Positions 46,216 to 59,500 of a stretch of DNA of 64,000 bases are shown here, in pieces. The position numbers and the translations under genes are program-made. Within the stretch, counting starts at the first letter, position 1. Each line of letters begins with the position of its first letter. Source of the DNA: an uncultured Gemmatimonadales bacterium (GTDB lineage: Bacteria > Gemmatimonadota > Gemmatimonadetes > Gemmatimonadales > GWC2-71-9); NCBI GenBank assembly GCA_963739455.1, contig CAVUAK010000001.1:2272001-2336000 (forward strand). Reading direction: 5' to 3'. The notes beneath the pieces were generated by a model, which was not told the DNA's origin, did not search any database, and saw nothing but the letters and a program-made list of their open reading frames with translations.

Positions 46216-46707
46216 GTGATCGAAGTCACCGTGTCCGACATTCGGGTGGACCGGGCGAGCAACTCGCCCGTGGTGCTGCTCAGGGAGAAGGGCGGGACGC
46301 GCGTCCTGCCCATCTGGATCGGCCCGGCGGAGGCCAACGCCATCGCCATGGAAATGCAGGGGGTGCGAGCCCAGCGCCCCCTGACGCACGACCTCTTCAA
46401 GCAGGTGCTGACGGGTCTCGGTGGATCGCTTCGCCGGGTGATCATCAGCGCCGTCCGCGAGAACACCTACTTCGCCGAACTGCAGATCCATCGCGACGAC
46501 CATGTGTTCCAGGTCGATGCGCGCCCATCCGACAGCATCGCGCTCGCGCTCAGACTGCACGCGCCCATCTTCGCCGCCGAGGGCCTGTTCGATGATGCTG
46601 GTGTGCAGTCACCCGATGACGGCCCCGAGCCGACCATCGACCCCGAGTCCCTCAAGCACTACCTCGAGAAGCTCGATCCCCAGGATTTCGGCCGCTTCAG
46701 CCCGTAG
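46216..46707 (+). CDS. Bifunctional nuclease family protein (DUF151)
   Basis: LPIWIG..EA, RPLTHDL, DARPSDSIALA. Confidence 0.9.
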   Translation: MIEVTVSDIRVDRASNSPVVLLREKGGTRVLPIWIGPAEANAIAMEMQGVRAQRPLTHDLFKQVLTGLGGSLRRVIISAVRENTYFAELQIHRDDHVFQVDARPSDSIALALRLHAPIFAAEGLFDDAGVQSPDDGPEPTIDPESLKHYLEKLDPQDFGRFSP

Positions 46708-47834
46708 CCTTGCGCTGGCCCTGCTCGCGACGGGGCTGCTGGCGCCGTCGGGCGTGGCAGCACAGGCGCGCGTGGGCGGCACGGTGGCACGCCTGGCCTC
46801 GGGCGATACCGTGCCACTGGCGGGAGCGCGCGTGGTGCTGCACCGGCTCACCGCGACGCAGCAGGGTCCGGTGGACTCGGTGCTGTCCGATGCCGCCGGC
46901 CGCTTCCAGTTCCGCGTGACCGCGGACACCACCGCGCTGCTCCTCACCAGCTCGCTTCACGACGGCATCGAGTACTTCTCGCGCCCGGCGCGCCCGACAG
47001 CGCAGGGTCCCGATACCGGGCTGGTCGTGCTGGTGGCGGACACGTCGTCGTCGGCGCCGGTGTCGCTGGCCGGTCGCTACCTGATGATCGGGAAGCCGCA
47101 GCAGGGCGGCCGGCGCGGCGCGCTCGACCTCATCGTGCTGCAGAATCGCGGCGACATGACGCGGGTGGCGAGGGACAGCGCCGCGCCGGTGTGGTCGATG
47201 CCGATGCCGGCGGGCATCCAGGACTTCACCCCGGGTGAGAGCGAGTTCTCGGCGGCGGCGGTGGGACACCGGGACGACTCGCTCACCATCTCGGCACCGT
47301 TGTCTCCCGGAGACCGGCAGCTGCTGGTGACGTACACCTTCCCGCTCGGCGTGAAGAAGGTCAGGGTGCCCTTCGCGGCGGCCACTGACAGCGTGGTGCT
47401 GCTGCTGGAGGAACCGACTGCGCGAGTGGTGACGCCTGGCTTCGCTGCGCGCGACAGCCAGGTGATCGAGACGCGCACCTATCGCCGGTGGGTGGGCTCG
47501 ATACCGGCAGCAGGCGAGGTGGAGGTGAAGTTCGAGGTGCCGGGTGAGGGTGGCCGGGAGGCGACGCTGGCACTGGCGGCGCTGCTGGCGGCGGGACTGT
47601 TCGCGGGAAGCATCGTGCTGTTGCGCCGGCGGAGCGGCGCCGGCCAGGTGGCAGTCGCTCCCGCCCGGGCGCGATGCGGCAGGGCTCATCGATGCGCTCG
47701 CCCGCCTCGATGCGCGGTTCGCCGGGCGGGAGGCGGAGGTGGGCGCCGCGGCGTGGTCGGAGTACGTGGTGCAGCGAGCGGAGCTCAAGGCCGCACTCGA
47801 TGCCGCGATGGCTGCGCGCCCTCCCATGCACTAG
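46685..47834 (+). CDS. Exported protein with carboxypeptidase-regulatory-like N-terminus and C-terminal TM (start uncertain; frameshift near 47660)
   Basis: Signal-like LALALLATGLL..AAQ, V.LH...SD..G.F.F motif, TM LALAALLAAGLFAG, helical tail LIDALARLD...Y...RAELK. Confidence 0.6.
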
Positions 47835-47842
47835 GCTGCAGC

Positions 47843-48605
47843 ATGCCCCTCGTCTCCACTCCCGCCATCGTCCTCGCGACGCTCCGGTACAGTGAGACGT
47901 CCAAGATCGTGCGGCTGGCCACGCGAGAACATGGTATCCAGAGTGCCATGGCGAAGGGTGCCTCGCGGCCCAAGAGCAGGTATGGTGCGGCGCTGCAGGT
48001 GCTGAGTGAGGGGCTCGGCGCAGTACATCGCGAAGGAGGGCCGCGAGCTGCACACGCTCACGGCGTTCGACGTGACCCACCTGCGGGTGGGGCTGGCGGG
48101 CCAGCTGGACCGCTACTCCGCGGCGTCGGCGATGTCCGAGGTGATGCTGCGGCTGGCACCGCCGGCGCCGCACGCCGAGAGCTTCGACGTGATGGCGCAC
48201 GCGCTGGCGATGCTCGAGGCGATCCCCACCGAGGCGGTGGAGAGCTACGGCCTCAGGGCGCTGTGGCAGCTGGTATCCTCGCTCGGATTTGCGCCAGCGC
48301 TCGCGTCGTGCGCGCGCGACGGCTCGGCGCTCCCGGCGAGCGGCACGGTGCGCTTCAGCCTCACCGACGGCGGCGCCCTCTGCAATGCGTGCGCGCACGA
48401 GCGCGCCACCATCGAGCTGCCGCGCCAGGCGCTCGACGACCTCGCCGCACTCCTCTCTCCCGATGCCGACCTGCCATTCCTCGATGCGCGGCACCTCGCC
48501 GCGCACCGCCGCCTGCTCGCGCGCTGGGTGCGCGTTCACCTGGCGGAGGCGGCCGACCTGCCGGCGCTCGAGTCATGGCAGCAGCGGAACTGGTTTCCCG
48601 CATGA
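47843..48605 (+). CDS. recO: DNA repair protein RecO (frameshift near 48015)
   Basis: AIVL...YSETSKIV...G....AKGA.RPKSR; zinc motif CARD...C..C. Confidence 0.9.
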
Positions 48606-50461
48606 TCTTCGGGATGGCGGGGCACGTGGACCATGGCAAGTCGGCGCTGGTAACGGCACTGACCGGGCGACCGATGGACCGGCTGGCGGAGGAGCGTCGA
48701 CGGGGCATCACGATCGACCTCAACTTCGCGTCGCTGGAGATCGCGCCAGGGGTGGTGGCGGGCATCATCGACGTGCCGGGGCACGAGGACTTCATTCGCA
48801 CGATGGTGGCCGGCGCGTCGGGGATCGATGCCGCGATCCTGGTGGTTGCCGCCGATGAAGGGATCATGCCGCAGACCCGGGAGCACCTGCTGGTGCTGGA
48901 ACAGCTGCGCGTGCCGGTGGGTGTCGCGGTGCTCACCAAGGCTGATGCCGTCGATCCCGACTGGCTCGAGCTGGTGAAGGCGGAAGTGGCGGAGTGGCTG
49001 GCAGCGTCATTGGTGCCGTTCGGCGAGCCGCTGGTGACCTCGGTGAAGACGGGACAGGGCGTAGAGGCACTTCGCGCGAGGCTCAACGAACTCGCGCTCA
49101 CCGGCCGGGTGCGCAATGCCAACGACCTGTTTCGACTGCCGGTGGACCGGGTGTTCACCGTGGCGGGGACGGGCACGGTGGTGACCGGCACCGCGATGTC
49201 TGGATCGGTGGCGGTGGGTGACAGCGTCGTGCTGCAGCCTTCGGGGCGCGAGGCTCGGGTGCGCACCATCGAGTCATTCGGGCAGTCGCTGGATCATTCG
49301 TTGCCAGGAGCCAGGACGGCAGTGGCACTGAGCGGCCTGGAGCGGGACGACATCGCGCGAGGGGACGTGCTGGTACTCGCGTCCGGGCAATGGGAGGCGA
49401 GCACCCGGATCGATGCGGAGGTGATGCTGGTGACGGATGCCGTCGCGCTCACGGACCGGAGCAGGGTGCGGGTGCATCACGGCACGGCGGAAGTGATGGC
49501 GCGCGTGCGGCTGGACAACCCGCTCCAGCCGGGCCAGACCACGGTCGCGCGCCTCACCCTTGAATCTCCGCTGCTGGCCCGGGGTAACGACCGGCTGGTG
49601 CTGCGGAGTTACAGCCCGATGACGGTGATCGGGGGAGGGCGGATCGTCGATCCGAGTCCGGGAAGCCGACGCCACCTGCCGGCAGGCCTCGGCTCGAGTG
49701 ATCCTGCCGCGCGACTCGAGGCACTGGTGGAGCGTCGCCGAAATGGAGTCGATTTGCGCCTGCTTCCGGTGCTGCTGGGCCTGCCGCCGTCCGACTGTGA
49801 AGCGCTGGCGCGGAGCTCGCCGACGCTCATGCCGGCGGGCGAGCTCCTGGTGCGGCGGAGCGAGGTGGACCGCCTGGGTGAACAGTTGATGCGCGAGGTA
49901 GGGGGCTATCACGAGCGTGAGCCCCACGAAGCGGGGTTGTCGCTCGAGACGCTCCGCCACTCCCTCCGGGTGCCGGACGCCATCGCCGATGTGGCCCTGA
50001 ATCAAGCGGAGCAGGGGGGACGGCTTCGGCTGCGAGGGGGCGTGGTATCGGTGCCGGCCTTTCAAGCGGTGCCGAGGGCAAGCCCGGACGACCAGCGACG
50101 CCTGGTGTCGACCGTGGAGGAGGCAGGCCTGACGGTCCCGCTGCTCAGCGAGGTCGCGGAACGGCTGGGACTGGCCCTGTCCGGGCCAAGGCTGGAGCAG
50201 GCTGCCGTCGACGGGAACCTGATCAGGGTCGAGCCAGGCCGGTATCTCGCCCGAGTGGCCCTGGAGGGGTTCGCCGAAGTGGTACGGGAGGTGGGGGCGC
50301 TGGGGGAGATCACGCCGGGGCTGCTCCGCGACCGTACCGGGCTCTCGCGCAAGTTCCTGATCCCGCTACTGGAATGGTCGGACCGGTGCGGAGTTACCTA
50401 CCGTGTGGGGGATGCCCGACGGCTGCGGGTGCCGCGGCCAGGGGTACGGCAGGGTGCTTGA
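48602..50461 (+). CDS. selB: Selenocysteine-specific elongation factor SelB
   Basis: GHVDHGKS, EERRRGITIDL, DVPGHE, PQTREHL; C-terminal winged-helix SRKFLIPLLE..D..G.T.R.GD.R. Confidence 0.93.
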   Translation: MIFGMAGHVDHGKSALVTALTGRPMDRLAEERRRGITIDLNFASLEIAPGVVAGIIDVPGHEDFIRTMVAGASGIDAAILVVAADEGIMPQTREHLLVLEQLRVPVGVAVLTKADAVDPDWLELVKAEVAEWLAASLVPFGEPLVTSVKTGQGVEALRARLNELALTGRVRNANDLFRLPVDRVFTVAGTGTVVTGTAMSGSVAVGDSVVLQPSGREARVRTIESFGQSLDHSLPGARTAVALSGLERDDIARGDVLVLASGQWEASTRIDAEVMLVTDAVALTDRSRVRVHHGTAEVMARVRLDNPLQPGQTTVARLTLESPLLARGNDRLVLRSYSPMTVIGGGRIVDPSPGSRRHLPAGLGSSDPAARLEALVERRRNGVDLRLLPVLLGLPPSDCEALARSSPTLMPAGELLVRRSEVDRLGEQLMREVGGYHEREPHEAGLSLETLRHSLRVPDAIADVALNQAEQGGRLRLRGGVVSVPAFQAVPRASPDDQRRLVSTVEEAGLTVPLLSEVAERLGLALSGPRLEQAAVDGNLIRVEPGRYLARVALEGFAEVVREVGALGEITPGLLRDRTGLSRKFLIPLLEWSDRCGVTYRVGDARRLRVPRPGVRQGA

Positions 50462-50559
50462 CACCCCTTGTCCGTGGCCCGCATGTTTTGCAGTGGCAGC
50501 AGCTTAAGTCAGACGTTTTCCCGGAGCGCCTAGAGTCCCAACCCATTGTGTGAGCAGGA

Positions 50560-50994
50560 GTGTCCATGGTTCGCGTGGCGTGCCCAACGTTTGTGTTGGC
50601 GCTCACGCTGGGGGCAGCACCGGTGGTCCTAGGCCAGGCACCACCAGCTGTTCGTGTCGAACTCGGGGAGGCAATTTCCGACTCAGTAACCGGTTCGACG
50701 ACGATCCCGTTCTCCATCCTACCGGAGGTGTGCAGCAAGGGGCATATACCGACGGTCAGCCTCAAGATCTTCAATGTGCTGGTGCAGGTGGTCGCGATTC
50801 CTGCCCTCGAGGGTGAAGCTCCCGGATCGCTCGGGGGCACCCGGCTCAAGTGTGGCGCGTATCGGGTGCAATGGGACGGCAGGAAACTGGATGGACGTCC
50901 CGCAACCACCGGGGTGTACTACTACCAGCTGAGCGTGGATGGAGAACGGTTTACACGAAAATTGATTGTCCAGCGACGGAGCGAGACGACGTAG
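50560..50994 (+). CDS. Small secreted protein with FlgD-Ig / sorting-domain-like fold
   Basis: Signal peptide; LKIFNVL, WDGR..DG...TGVYYYQL...TRKLIV; TTGACA at 50458. Confidence 0.65.
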   Translation: MSMVRVACPTFVLALTLGAAPVVLGQAPPAVRVELGEAISDSVTGSTTIPFSILPEVCSKGHIPTVSLKIFNVLVQVVAIPALEGEAPGSLGGTRLKCGAYRVQWDGRKLDGRPATTGVYYYQLSVDGERFTRKLIVQRRSETT

Positions 50995-50995
50995 G

Positions 50996-51026
50996 AGGGA
51001 GACATCCGTGAGGGTGGCTCCCTTTT
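50996..51026 (+). terminator. Rho-independent terminator
   Basis: agggagacatcc-GTGA-gggtggctccct followed by TTT. Confidence 0.7.
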
Positions 51027-51033
51027 GCGTTTC

Positions 51034-51090
51034 AACTGCGTGAGGAGGAACCGCAACAGCGTAAGGAGGAACTACAACTGCGTAAGCGGC
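51034..51090 (+). repeat. 21-bp-unit array (copy 4, direct units only)
   Basis: AACTGCGTGAGGAGGAACCGC / AACAGCGTAAGGAGGAACTAC / partial. Confidence 0.85.
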
Positions 51091-51151
51091 AAGCGGTGAG
51101 CGGGCCCTGGCGTCCGCATCTCGCATGTCCTGCCAAATGGGCGCATTTTAG

Positions 51152-51166
51152 GGGCATACGCGTTGC
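51152..51166 (+). promoter_or_regulatory. Putative sigma54 (-24/-12) promoter for clpB
   Basis: GGCATACGCGTTGC: GG-N10-GC with GGCA and TTGC cores. Confidence 0.45.
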
Positions 51167-51180
51167 CAACGGGAAGGGCC

Positions 51181-53797
<2,617 letters not shown>

Positions 53798-53805
<8 letters not shown>

Positions 53806-54289
53806 GGGGACACCGTCGGTCCGGGACATCGCCGGCATGGAGGCGGCCCTTCGGCGGGCGCGGGCAGCGGCGGTGCGAGACGAGGTGCCGGTCGGTGCCG
53901 TCATTGCGCGCAACGACGAGGGCGACTTCCTGGCCGAGGCGCACAACGAGACGGTACTACGCAAGGACCCGACGGCGCATGCGGAGTTGCTGGCGATCCA
54001 ACAGGCGCTGAAGGCGCTGGGCACCGACCGCCTGACCGGCGTCACGCTGTACGTCACCCTCGAGCCCTGTGCGCAGTGTGCCGGAGCGATCATCCTGGCA
54101 AAGGTAGAGCGGGTGGTGTTCGGGGCCTGGGACCAGCGCGCGGGAATGGCGGGATCGGTGATGGACCTGCTCCGGGACCCGCGGCTCAACCACCGGCCCG
54201 AGGTGGTGGGTGGCGTGCTGGCGGAGGAGTGCGGCGAGATGCTGCGACAGTTCTTCCAGGCGCGACGGGGCGGGGGGTGGGGGCGATAG
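53798..54289 (+). CDS. tadA: tRNA adenosine(34) deaminase
   Basis: [28 protein letters not shown]. Confidence 0.9.
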
Positions 54290-54400
54290 GCGTTGGGCGT
54301 TAGGCGTTGGGCGTTAGGCGTTAGGCGTTAGGCGTTAGGCGTTAGGCGTTAGGCGTTAGGCGTTAGGCGTTAGGCGTTGGGCGTTAGGAGTCAGGAGTTG
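54282..54400 (+). repeat. (GGCGTTR)14 heptamer tandem repeat with degenerate flanking units
   Basis: 14 units at 54289-54386 plus GGCGATA before and GGAGTCA/GGAGTTG after. Confidence 0.95.
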
Positions 54401-54516
54401 AGGGTAGAGCGTCGTGGACTTCTGGCACCTGGACGATTAGCTTCGCGCGTCTTGCACGCCGTGGCCGCGGCGGACGTTGGGTCGGATCTCACACCACCAT
54501 ATTGGAGTTCATTGTC

Positions 54517-54951
54517 ATGACGAAGGGTCTGGTTGCACTGGTCGCGCTCGCCGCGATGACGGGTTGTGCGTCGGCGGAGAAGAAGGCGGAGAAGGCGGAC
54601 ATGGCGTCGGTGAAGGCGGATGCGGCGTACTGCAACGACCTCGCGGGCCTGGCAACGTCGATTGCCGCGTACACGACGCTCGACTCCACGTCGTCGGTTG
54701 CCGACCTGAAGACGGCGACGGCGAACACGGAAGCGGCGTACGCCAAGGTGCAGAGCGCCACGGCGGCGATGGACAAGGCCGAGGCGAAGGCGCTGGTGGC
54801 CGCGCATGATGCGTACGCGGCGGCGGTGTCGGCGATCCCGGGCTCGGCCACGCTGGGCGCGGCGGCCTCCTCGGTGCAGAGCGCGTACACGGAGTACCAG
54901 AACCGGGTGCAGGGCCTGACCGGCGTCGAGTGCGTGGTGGCAGCGAACTAA
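54517..54951 (+). CDS. Ala-rich helical lipoprotein, hypothetical
   Basis: Lipobox MTGC; two further Cys near the two ends. Confidence 0.7.
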   Translation: MTKGLVALVALAAMTGCASAEKKAEKADMASVKADAAYCNDLAGLATSIAAYTTLDSTSSVADLKTATANTEAAYAKVQSATAAMDKAEAKALVAAHDAYAAAVSAIPGSATLGAAASSVQSAYTEYQNRVQGLTGVECVVAAN

Positions 54952-54965
54952 GACACCCGCCTGAT

Positions 54966-55004
54966 CAAAGACCCCTGCCTGGCGTCGCCAGGCGGGGGTC
55001 TTTG
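54966..55004. terminator. Hairpin terminator between convergent genes
   Basis: caaagacccctgcctggcg/cgccaggcgggggtctttg. Confidence 0.8.
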
Positions 55005-55014
55005 CTTTGCGGGC

Positions 55015-55046
55015 GAGTCGGCAGTCGGCAGTCGTCAGTCAGTCGA
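55015..55046 (+). repeat. SAGTCGN heptamer array overlapping the bestrophin stop
   Basis: gagtcgg-cagtcgg-cagtcgt-cagt-cagtcga. Confidence 0.75.
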
Positions 55047-55856
55047 CAGAGTCAGGATGGCGCGGACGTCCAGCGCGATTCCCGTCGAGATATCGTCAAG
55101 CGGCAGGTCATTCCGGTCCTCGCCGAACGGTTCCTCCACCTCGCCTGCCAGCAATTCCAGTCCCATGGTCGAGAAGAACAGGAACATCTGGGCGAGGATG
55201 GTGCCGTAGCCGAACTCGCCGGCCAGGGCGAAGGGCACGATCAGCGCATACAACACCACGAACTGCTTGATGTAGCTGCTGTACGAGAACGGAATCGGCG
55301 TCTTGAGTATGCGCTCGCATCCGCCCTGAATGTCGTCGTACGCTGCCATCATCGGGGTGAGTGAAATGAGCGACTCGCGCGGGAGCATGCCGGCGCGAAT
55401 ATCGTCCTGGACCGCATGCACGAGCTGGCTGATGAGGCGGCCCGGCTCGCGGAGCCCCTTGCCGCGCAGGCGCTCGCTCAAGGCGTGAGGGTAGGCTGCG
55501 AGCAGCTCCGCGTACGTGGCGCGTCGTTCCGTGGACGGAGGGGGGAGGAGGGCATCCAGCTGGCGGGCGAGGGCCCGGCTCACGTTGGTGAGCTGTCCCC
55601 AGAAACGGCGCCCCTCCCACCAACGGTCGTAGGCGGTATTGGTGCGAAACACCAGCAGCAAGCCGAGTATGATGCCGAGCAGCGAGAGGATCGAGGGCCC
55701 GAAGGGATCCTGTATCTCGAAACGCAGCTCGACCCAGACGACAATGCCGGCGTAAAGCCCGACTCCAAGGACGTCGAGGATCAGGGTGGTGAAGATCCGG
55801 CTTCGCGGGAAGCTCAGGAGGACGTGCCACCAGCGCTTCGGGTCGTAGTTGATCAT
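55035..55856 (-). CDS. Bestrophin family ion channel (YneE-like)
   Basis: LLVFRTNTAYDRWWEGR, CERILKTPIP, EEPFGED.NDLPLD. Confidence 0.92.
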   Translation of the reverse strand: MINYDPKRWWHVLLSFPRSRIFTTLILDVLGVGLYAGIVVWVELRFEIQDPFGPSILSLLGIILGLLLVFRTNTAYDRWWEGRRFWGQLTNVSRALARQLDALLPPPSTERRATYAELLAAYPHALSERLRGKGLREPGRLISQLVHAVQDDIRAGMLPRESLISLTPMMAAYDDIQGGCERILKTPIPFSYSSYIKQFVVLYALIVPFALAGEFGYGTILAQMFLFFSTMGLELLAGEVEEPFGEDRNDLPLDDISTGIALDVRAILTLSTD

Positions 55857-55883
55857 TCGGGCATTGTGGTGGAATGTTCCCCC

Positions 55884-56324
55884 ATGCGAAAAACAGCCGG
55901 CTTCACCCTGGTGGAGCTACTCGTGGTGGTTGTGGTCATCGCCATCCTGGCCGGGTTCGCCATTGGGCGCCAGCGGGGGATGGTGTCCCGCGCCCGTGTG
56001 GCCGCTGCGCAGGCCGACAGCTACGCCATCCGGCAGGCCGAAGCATCGTTCCACGCTGACTCCGGGCGCTATGCCGACTTCGCGACGTTGACCAGCGCCG
56101 GGTACGCCCCGCAGCCGACGGCAGGCAACGCACTGAGCGTCATGCTCAACCCGCAGGGATACTCCGCGGTGGTCGAGTTCGGGGAGGGCCAGGGCAGCGG
56201 TGCCGACCGAGGGGGGTGCCGCCTCGAGGTGGCTGGTGCAACCGAAGCCCTGGCCTGCTCAGCCGACGGGGTACCCGGAAGCGCCACCGGCGAAGCCCCC
56301 TGGGTGACCGGCCGCGCCCGCTGA
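55884..56324 (+). CDS. Type IV pilin-like protein
   Basis: Prepilin cleavage/methylation motif G|FTLVELLVVVVVIAIL. Confidence 0.85.
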   Translation: MRKTAGFTLVELLVVVVVIAILAGFAIGRQRGMVSRARVAAAQADSYAIRQAEASFHADSGRYADFATLTSAGYAPQPTAGNALSVMLNPQGYSAVVEFGEGQGSGADRGGCRLEVAGATEALACSADGVPGSATGEAPWVTGRAR

Positions 56325-56362
56325 AACAGAGGGCCCTCGGCGTGGGCGGACAAGTGCCCGGG

Positions 56363-56391
56363 TTGGCGGAACCGGTGGTGCTGGTTACGTT
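56363..56391 (+). promoter_or_regulatory. Putative tRNA promoter
   Basis: TTGGCG-N17-TACGTT followed by a GC-rich discriminator. Confidence 0.45.
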
Positions 56392-56411
56392 TTCGCCCCG
56401 CAGTGCGTGCT

Positions 56412-56498
56412 GGACAGGTGTCCGAGTGGCTGAAGGAGCCGGTCTCGAAAACCGGTAAACCGGTAACGGTTTCGAGGGTTCGAATCCCTCCCTGTCCG
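56412..56498 (+). tRNA. tRNA-Ser(CGA)
   Basis: Acceptor GGACAGG/CCTGTCC plus discriminator G, anticodon arm CCGGT-CTCGAAA-ACCGG, long variable arm, GGTTCGAATCC; CCA not encoded. Confidence 0.95.
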
Positions 56499-56509
56499 TC
56501 TTGTTGTCC

Positions 56510-59500
56510 CTACTTCAGGATCGACTTCTCGATCCCTCCCCGCACCGCAAACCACAAGAACTGGATGACCGACTCACCTGCAAAGGTGTGATCGATCGTA
56601 CCCACGCGCGGCGGTTCACCCTCCTGCGAAGGGTTGTCGCGCCGAATGAAGAACGTCCGCGCGAGGAAGGTCAGCACGCTGAACTTGACCCGCTTGAAGA
56701 AGCCGGCGGTCGGGTCGTGCAGCCTGACCCGGAGCCCGGTGTAGATGGGCACGATGGTGCCGACCGCGTGACCGTCCCTCGAGCCGACGGAGAAGGTGAC
56801 TTCGTGGAACTGTCCGCCCTCGATGGTGACCGGCAAGTTCTTCTGGGCGAACTGGTTGATGGCGACCGCGGGCATGGGCCCGAGCCGGCCATAGTAGGTC
56901 GCGTCGAGCCCGGATGCGGTGAGGGGCACCGTGGCGAAGGCGTCGAGCTTGCCCATGCCGAAGATGGTGCTGTGGGTCTCGATGCGGAGCGGCGGGCTCT
57001 GGCCGGCCACGCCGCGGCTGGTAAACCCGGTGATCATGGCGGTGATGGCGGTGAAGGTGACGCCACCCGCCTCGGGCTTCCCCACCTCGAGCTCATTGTA
57101 CACCACCGCACCGTCGATGACGGAGAGCGAGTCGATGCCGAAGGGGAACCTGATGCTCTGCACGTCATGCTGCACGGTGGAGTGGAGCTTCTTCACCGTG
57201 TCGGCCACGAGGTTCTTGTCGGTGAAGGCGTCGATGCCGAAACCATAGACGCTGCCATGCCGAAGCCAGAGGCCGTCGCCCAGGATGAGGCGGTCGAAGT
57301 CGAGCCCCGCGAGTTGCACGCTGTCGGCGCCGACCCGGATGCGGTCCCGGCGATGTGACTGGCGGGAGACCCAGACCGAGTCGGGGACGGTCGGGCCGAT
57401 CCTGATGTTGCCGATACGGGCGCTGGAATCGGAGAGGCTCGCAATGAAGGATCCGACGGTAAAGCTGCTCATCGGGTTGTCGTCGATGACGATGTCGGTG
57501 GCAGAGACCACCGCCCGCTTGCTGATGTGCCGTATGCGCGACTCGCGCGAGGCGCCGGGATTCAGTGCCACGCCCTCGGCAGCGAGGCTGGCCTTCTTCA
57601 CACTGTAGGTGTGCGACCCTCCATCGGGCTTCACGTCGACGTAGCGGAAGTGCACCAGAGGGGCGCTCAGGTTCCCGATGGCCAGCGGAAGACCCGCTTT
57701 CTGCCCGGTTTCCCGGTCGACCGGTTCCTCGAGGGAGTCCTTCGCGCTGCCGACATGGCGCACCTCGACGTCGAGGGTGCCCACGGACACGCGTCGCATG
57801 CGCACCGCCTTGCCGCGCACCAGTTCTCCCAAATGAATTCCCGCGAGCTCGACGCTGTCGAGTGCGACGGTGACGCCGCTCGTCGGCAGTTCGCCGGCGC
57901 GCGCCGAGTCGTGGGGTGACCCGGTGTGCAGCCGCATGCCGTGGAGCGAAATGGTGGAATCGCCGAGGTTGATGGCAACCGACGCCGCGCGCGCATTCGC
58001 CGGCGGACCGGCGAGGGTCACGCCGGAGATGCGCGCCACGATGTCCTGCTCGACCAGCGGCCGGGTGACGCCGCGCTGGAGGTCGATGGAGCGCCCGGTG
58101 ACCGCGATACGGTCGAGGGACAGCACGAGGGGAGCCTTGCCGGGTTCGCGGCGGGTGTAGAGCCCGCGTCCCCGAAGGACCTCGAAGTCCCGGACGGCAA
58201 TGGGGAAGGAGAGGCCGGTGAAGAGGGAGTCGTGAGTCGTGAGTCGTGAGTCGGCAGGGGGTCGTGGCGCTTGCGCGACCCCGGCGTCGACCGTGACGTC
58301 GAACGAGGCATTGCCGACGATCGCCTGGCGCATGGTGGCACCGTGGCCATCGGCCAGCCGGACAAAATCGACGCCGGTCATCCGCATGCTGTCGAGCGCC
58401 ACGTTCACGGTAGTGCGCCGGGGGAAGCGGGTGTAGTGCGGCGCGATGCGAATGCTGTCGATGGTGAGGGTGGAGTCGTCGAGGCTGACGGCGACCCGGC
58501 CCACGGCGAGTGACCGGACCTTGCCCCAGTGGCGATCGATGTCGGTGAGGACCAGCTTGATGCGCTGCTGCATGAGCGGCACGAGGGGGCCGCTTCCCTC
58601 GACCACGAGCTTCTCGCCGGTGACCGCGACGCGCTTCACCGTGAACTCGCGGTCGGGGAGGCCGGGGTGATGCTCGATGTAGGTGACGTCTCCCTCGGCG
58701 CTTAGCCGGCCGATGTTGGTGGGCACGCCCATGTCCGCGAGGGTGGAGTCGAGCGCGGGCTGGGCACGCTCCGAGCGCTTCGGCGGCGCGGGAAGCCCCA
58801 TGTTCTTCTGCAGCCGCACCCGCACGCCGCTGACTGCCATGTCACGGGCATCGAGTATCGAATGCACGATGAGGCGGTCGTAGTTGACCCCCCGCAGGAC
58901 AACGCTGTCGATCACGGCACGCCCAAGGGTCTGGCGCACCTTCTGGCGGCGCATCCAGTCGGCGTCGCTGATCCCGGGGCCAACGGTCAGTTGCCGGGCC
59001 ACCAGCACCGAGTCGCCCACCTTCAACCGGAGCTGACCCATGGTGAGCAGCTTGAGTGAATCGGCGGTGCCATAGGTGGCGCCATCCAGCGTGAGATCCA
59101 CGACGCGGGCAAGCAACGGGCGCTGCCGTGTCGGTGGAAGATCGGGGTCGATCAGGATCTCACTGGCCTTGAAGGCGACATGCGGCAGCCAGACCGTGAC
59201 GTTCGGGGCCCCGGGGCGATGCTGGATATAGCGCGCCGTGCCATCAACCAGCTCGACGGTGTCGGCCTCGAGCCGCACGGTGGACGCTGTCGCTGCGGCC
59301 TCGTGGACCGGGGAGACGGCGCGCACCGTGGGCGGACGGGGCGGCAGCGAGGCATCGGTTTCGATGGTGGTGTTGAGCCCGCCGATCACGATGCGCTCGC
59401 TGGTGACCGTCCCGTGCATGATGAGCTCGGCGAGGTTGATGCCGGCGAACTGGACGCTGTCCGCCTGCAGCTCGACCCATGGCCTTCGATACTTCTGCTG

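Noticed and set aside
46502..50461. 1319-aa ORF fusing an exported protein, the RecO N-terminus and SelB
   Set aside because: The joining segments are off-frame, low-complexity translations; two frameshifts explain it as three separate genes
51090..51180. CIRCE/HrcA operator before clpB
   Set aside because: No TTAGCACTC-N9-GAGTGCTAA-like sequence
56412..56498. tRNA-Sec partner for selB
   Set aside because: The anticodon is CGA with a 7-bp acceptor stem, so it is an ordinary tRNA-Ser
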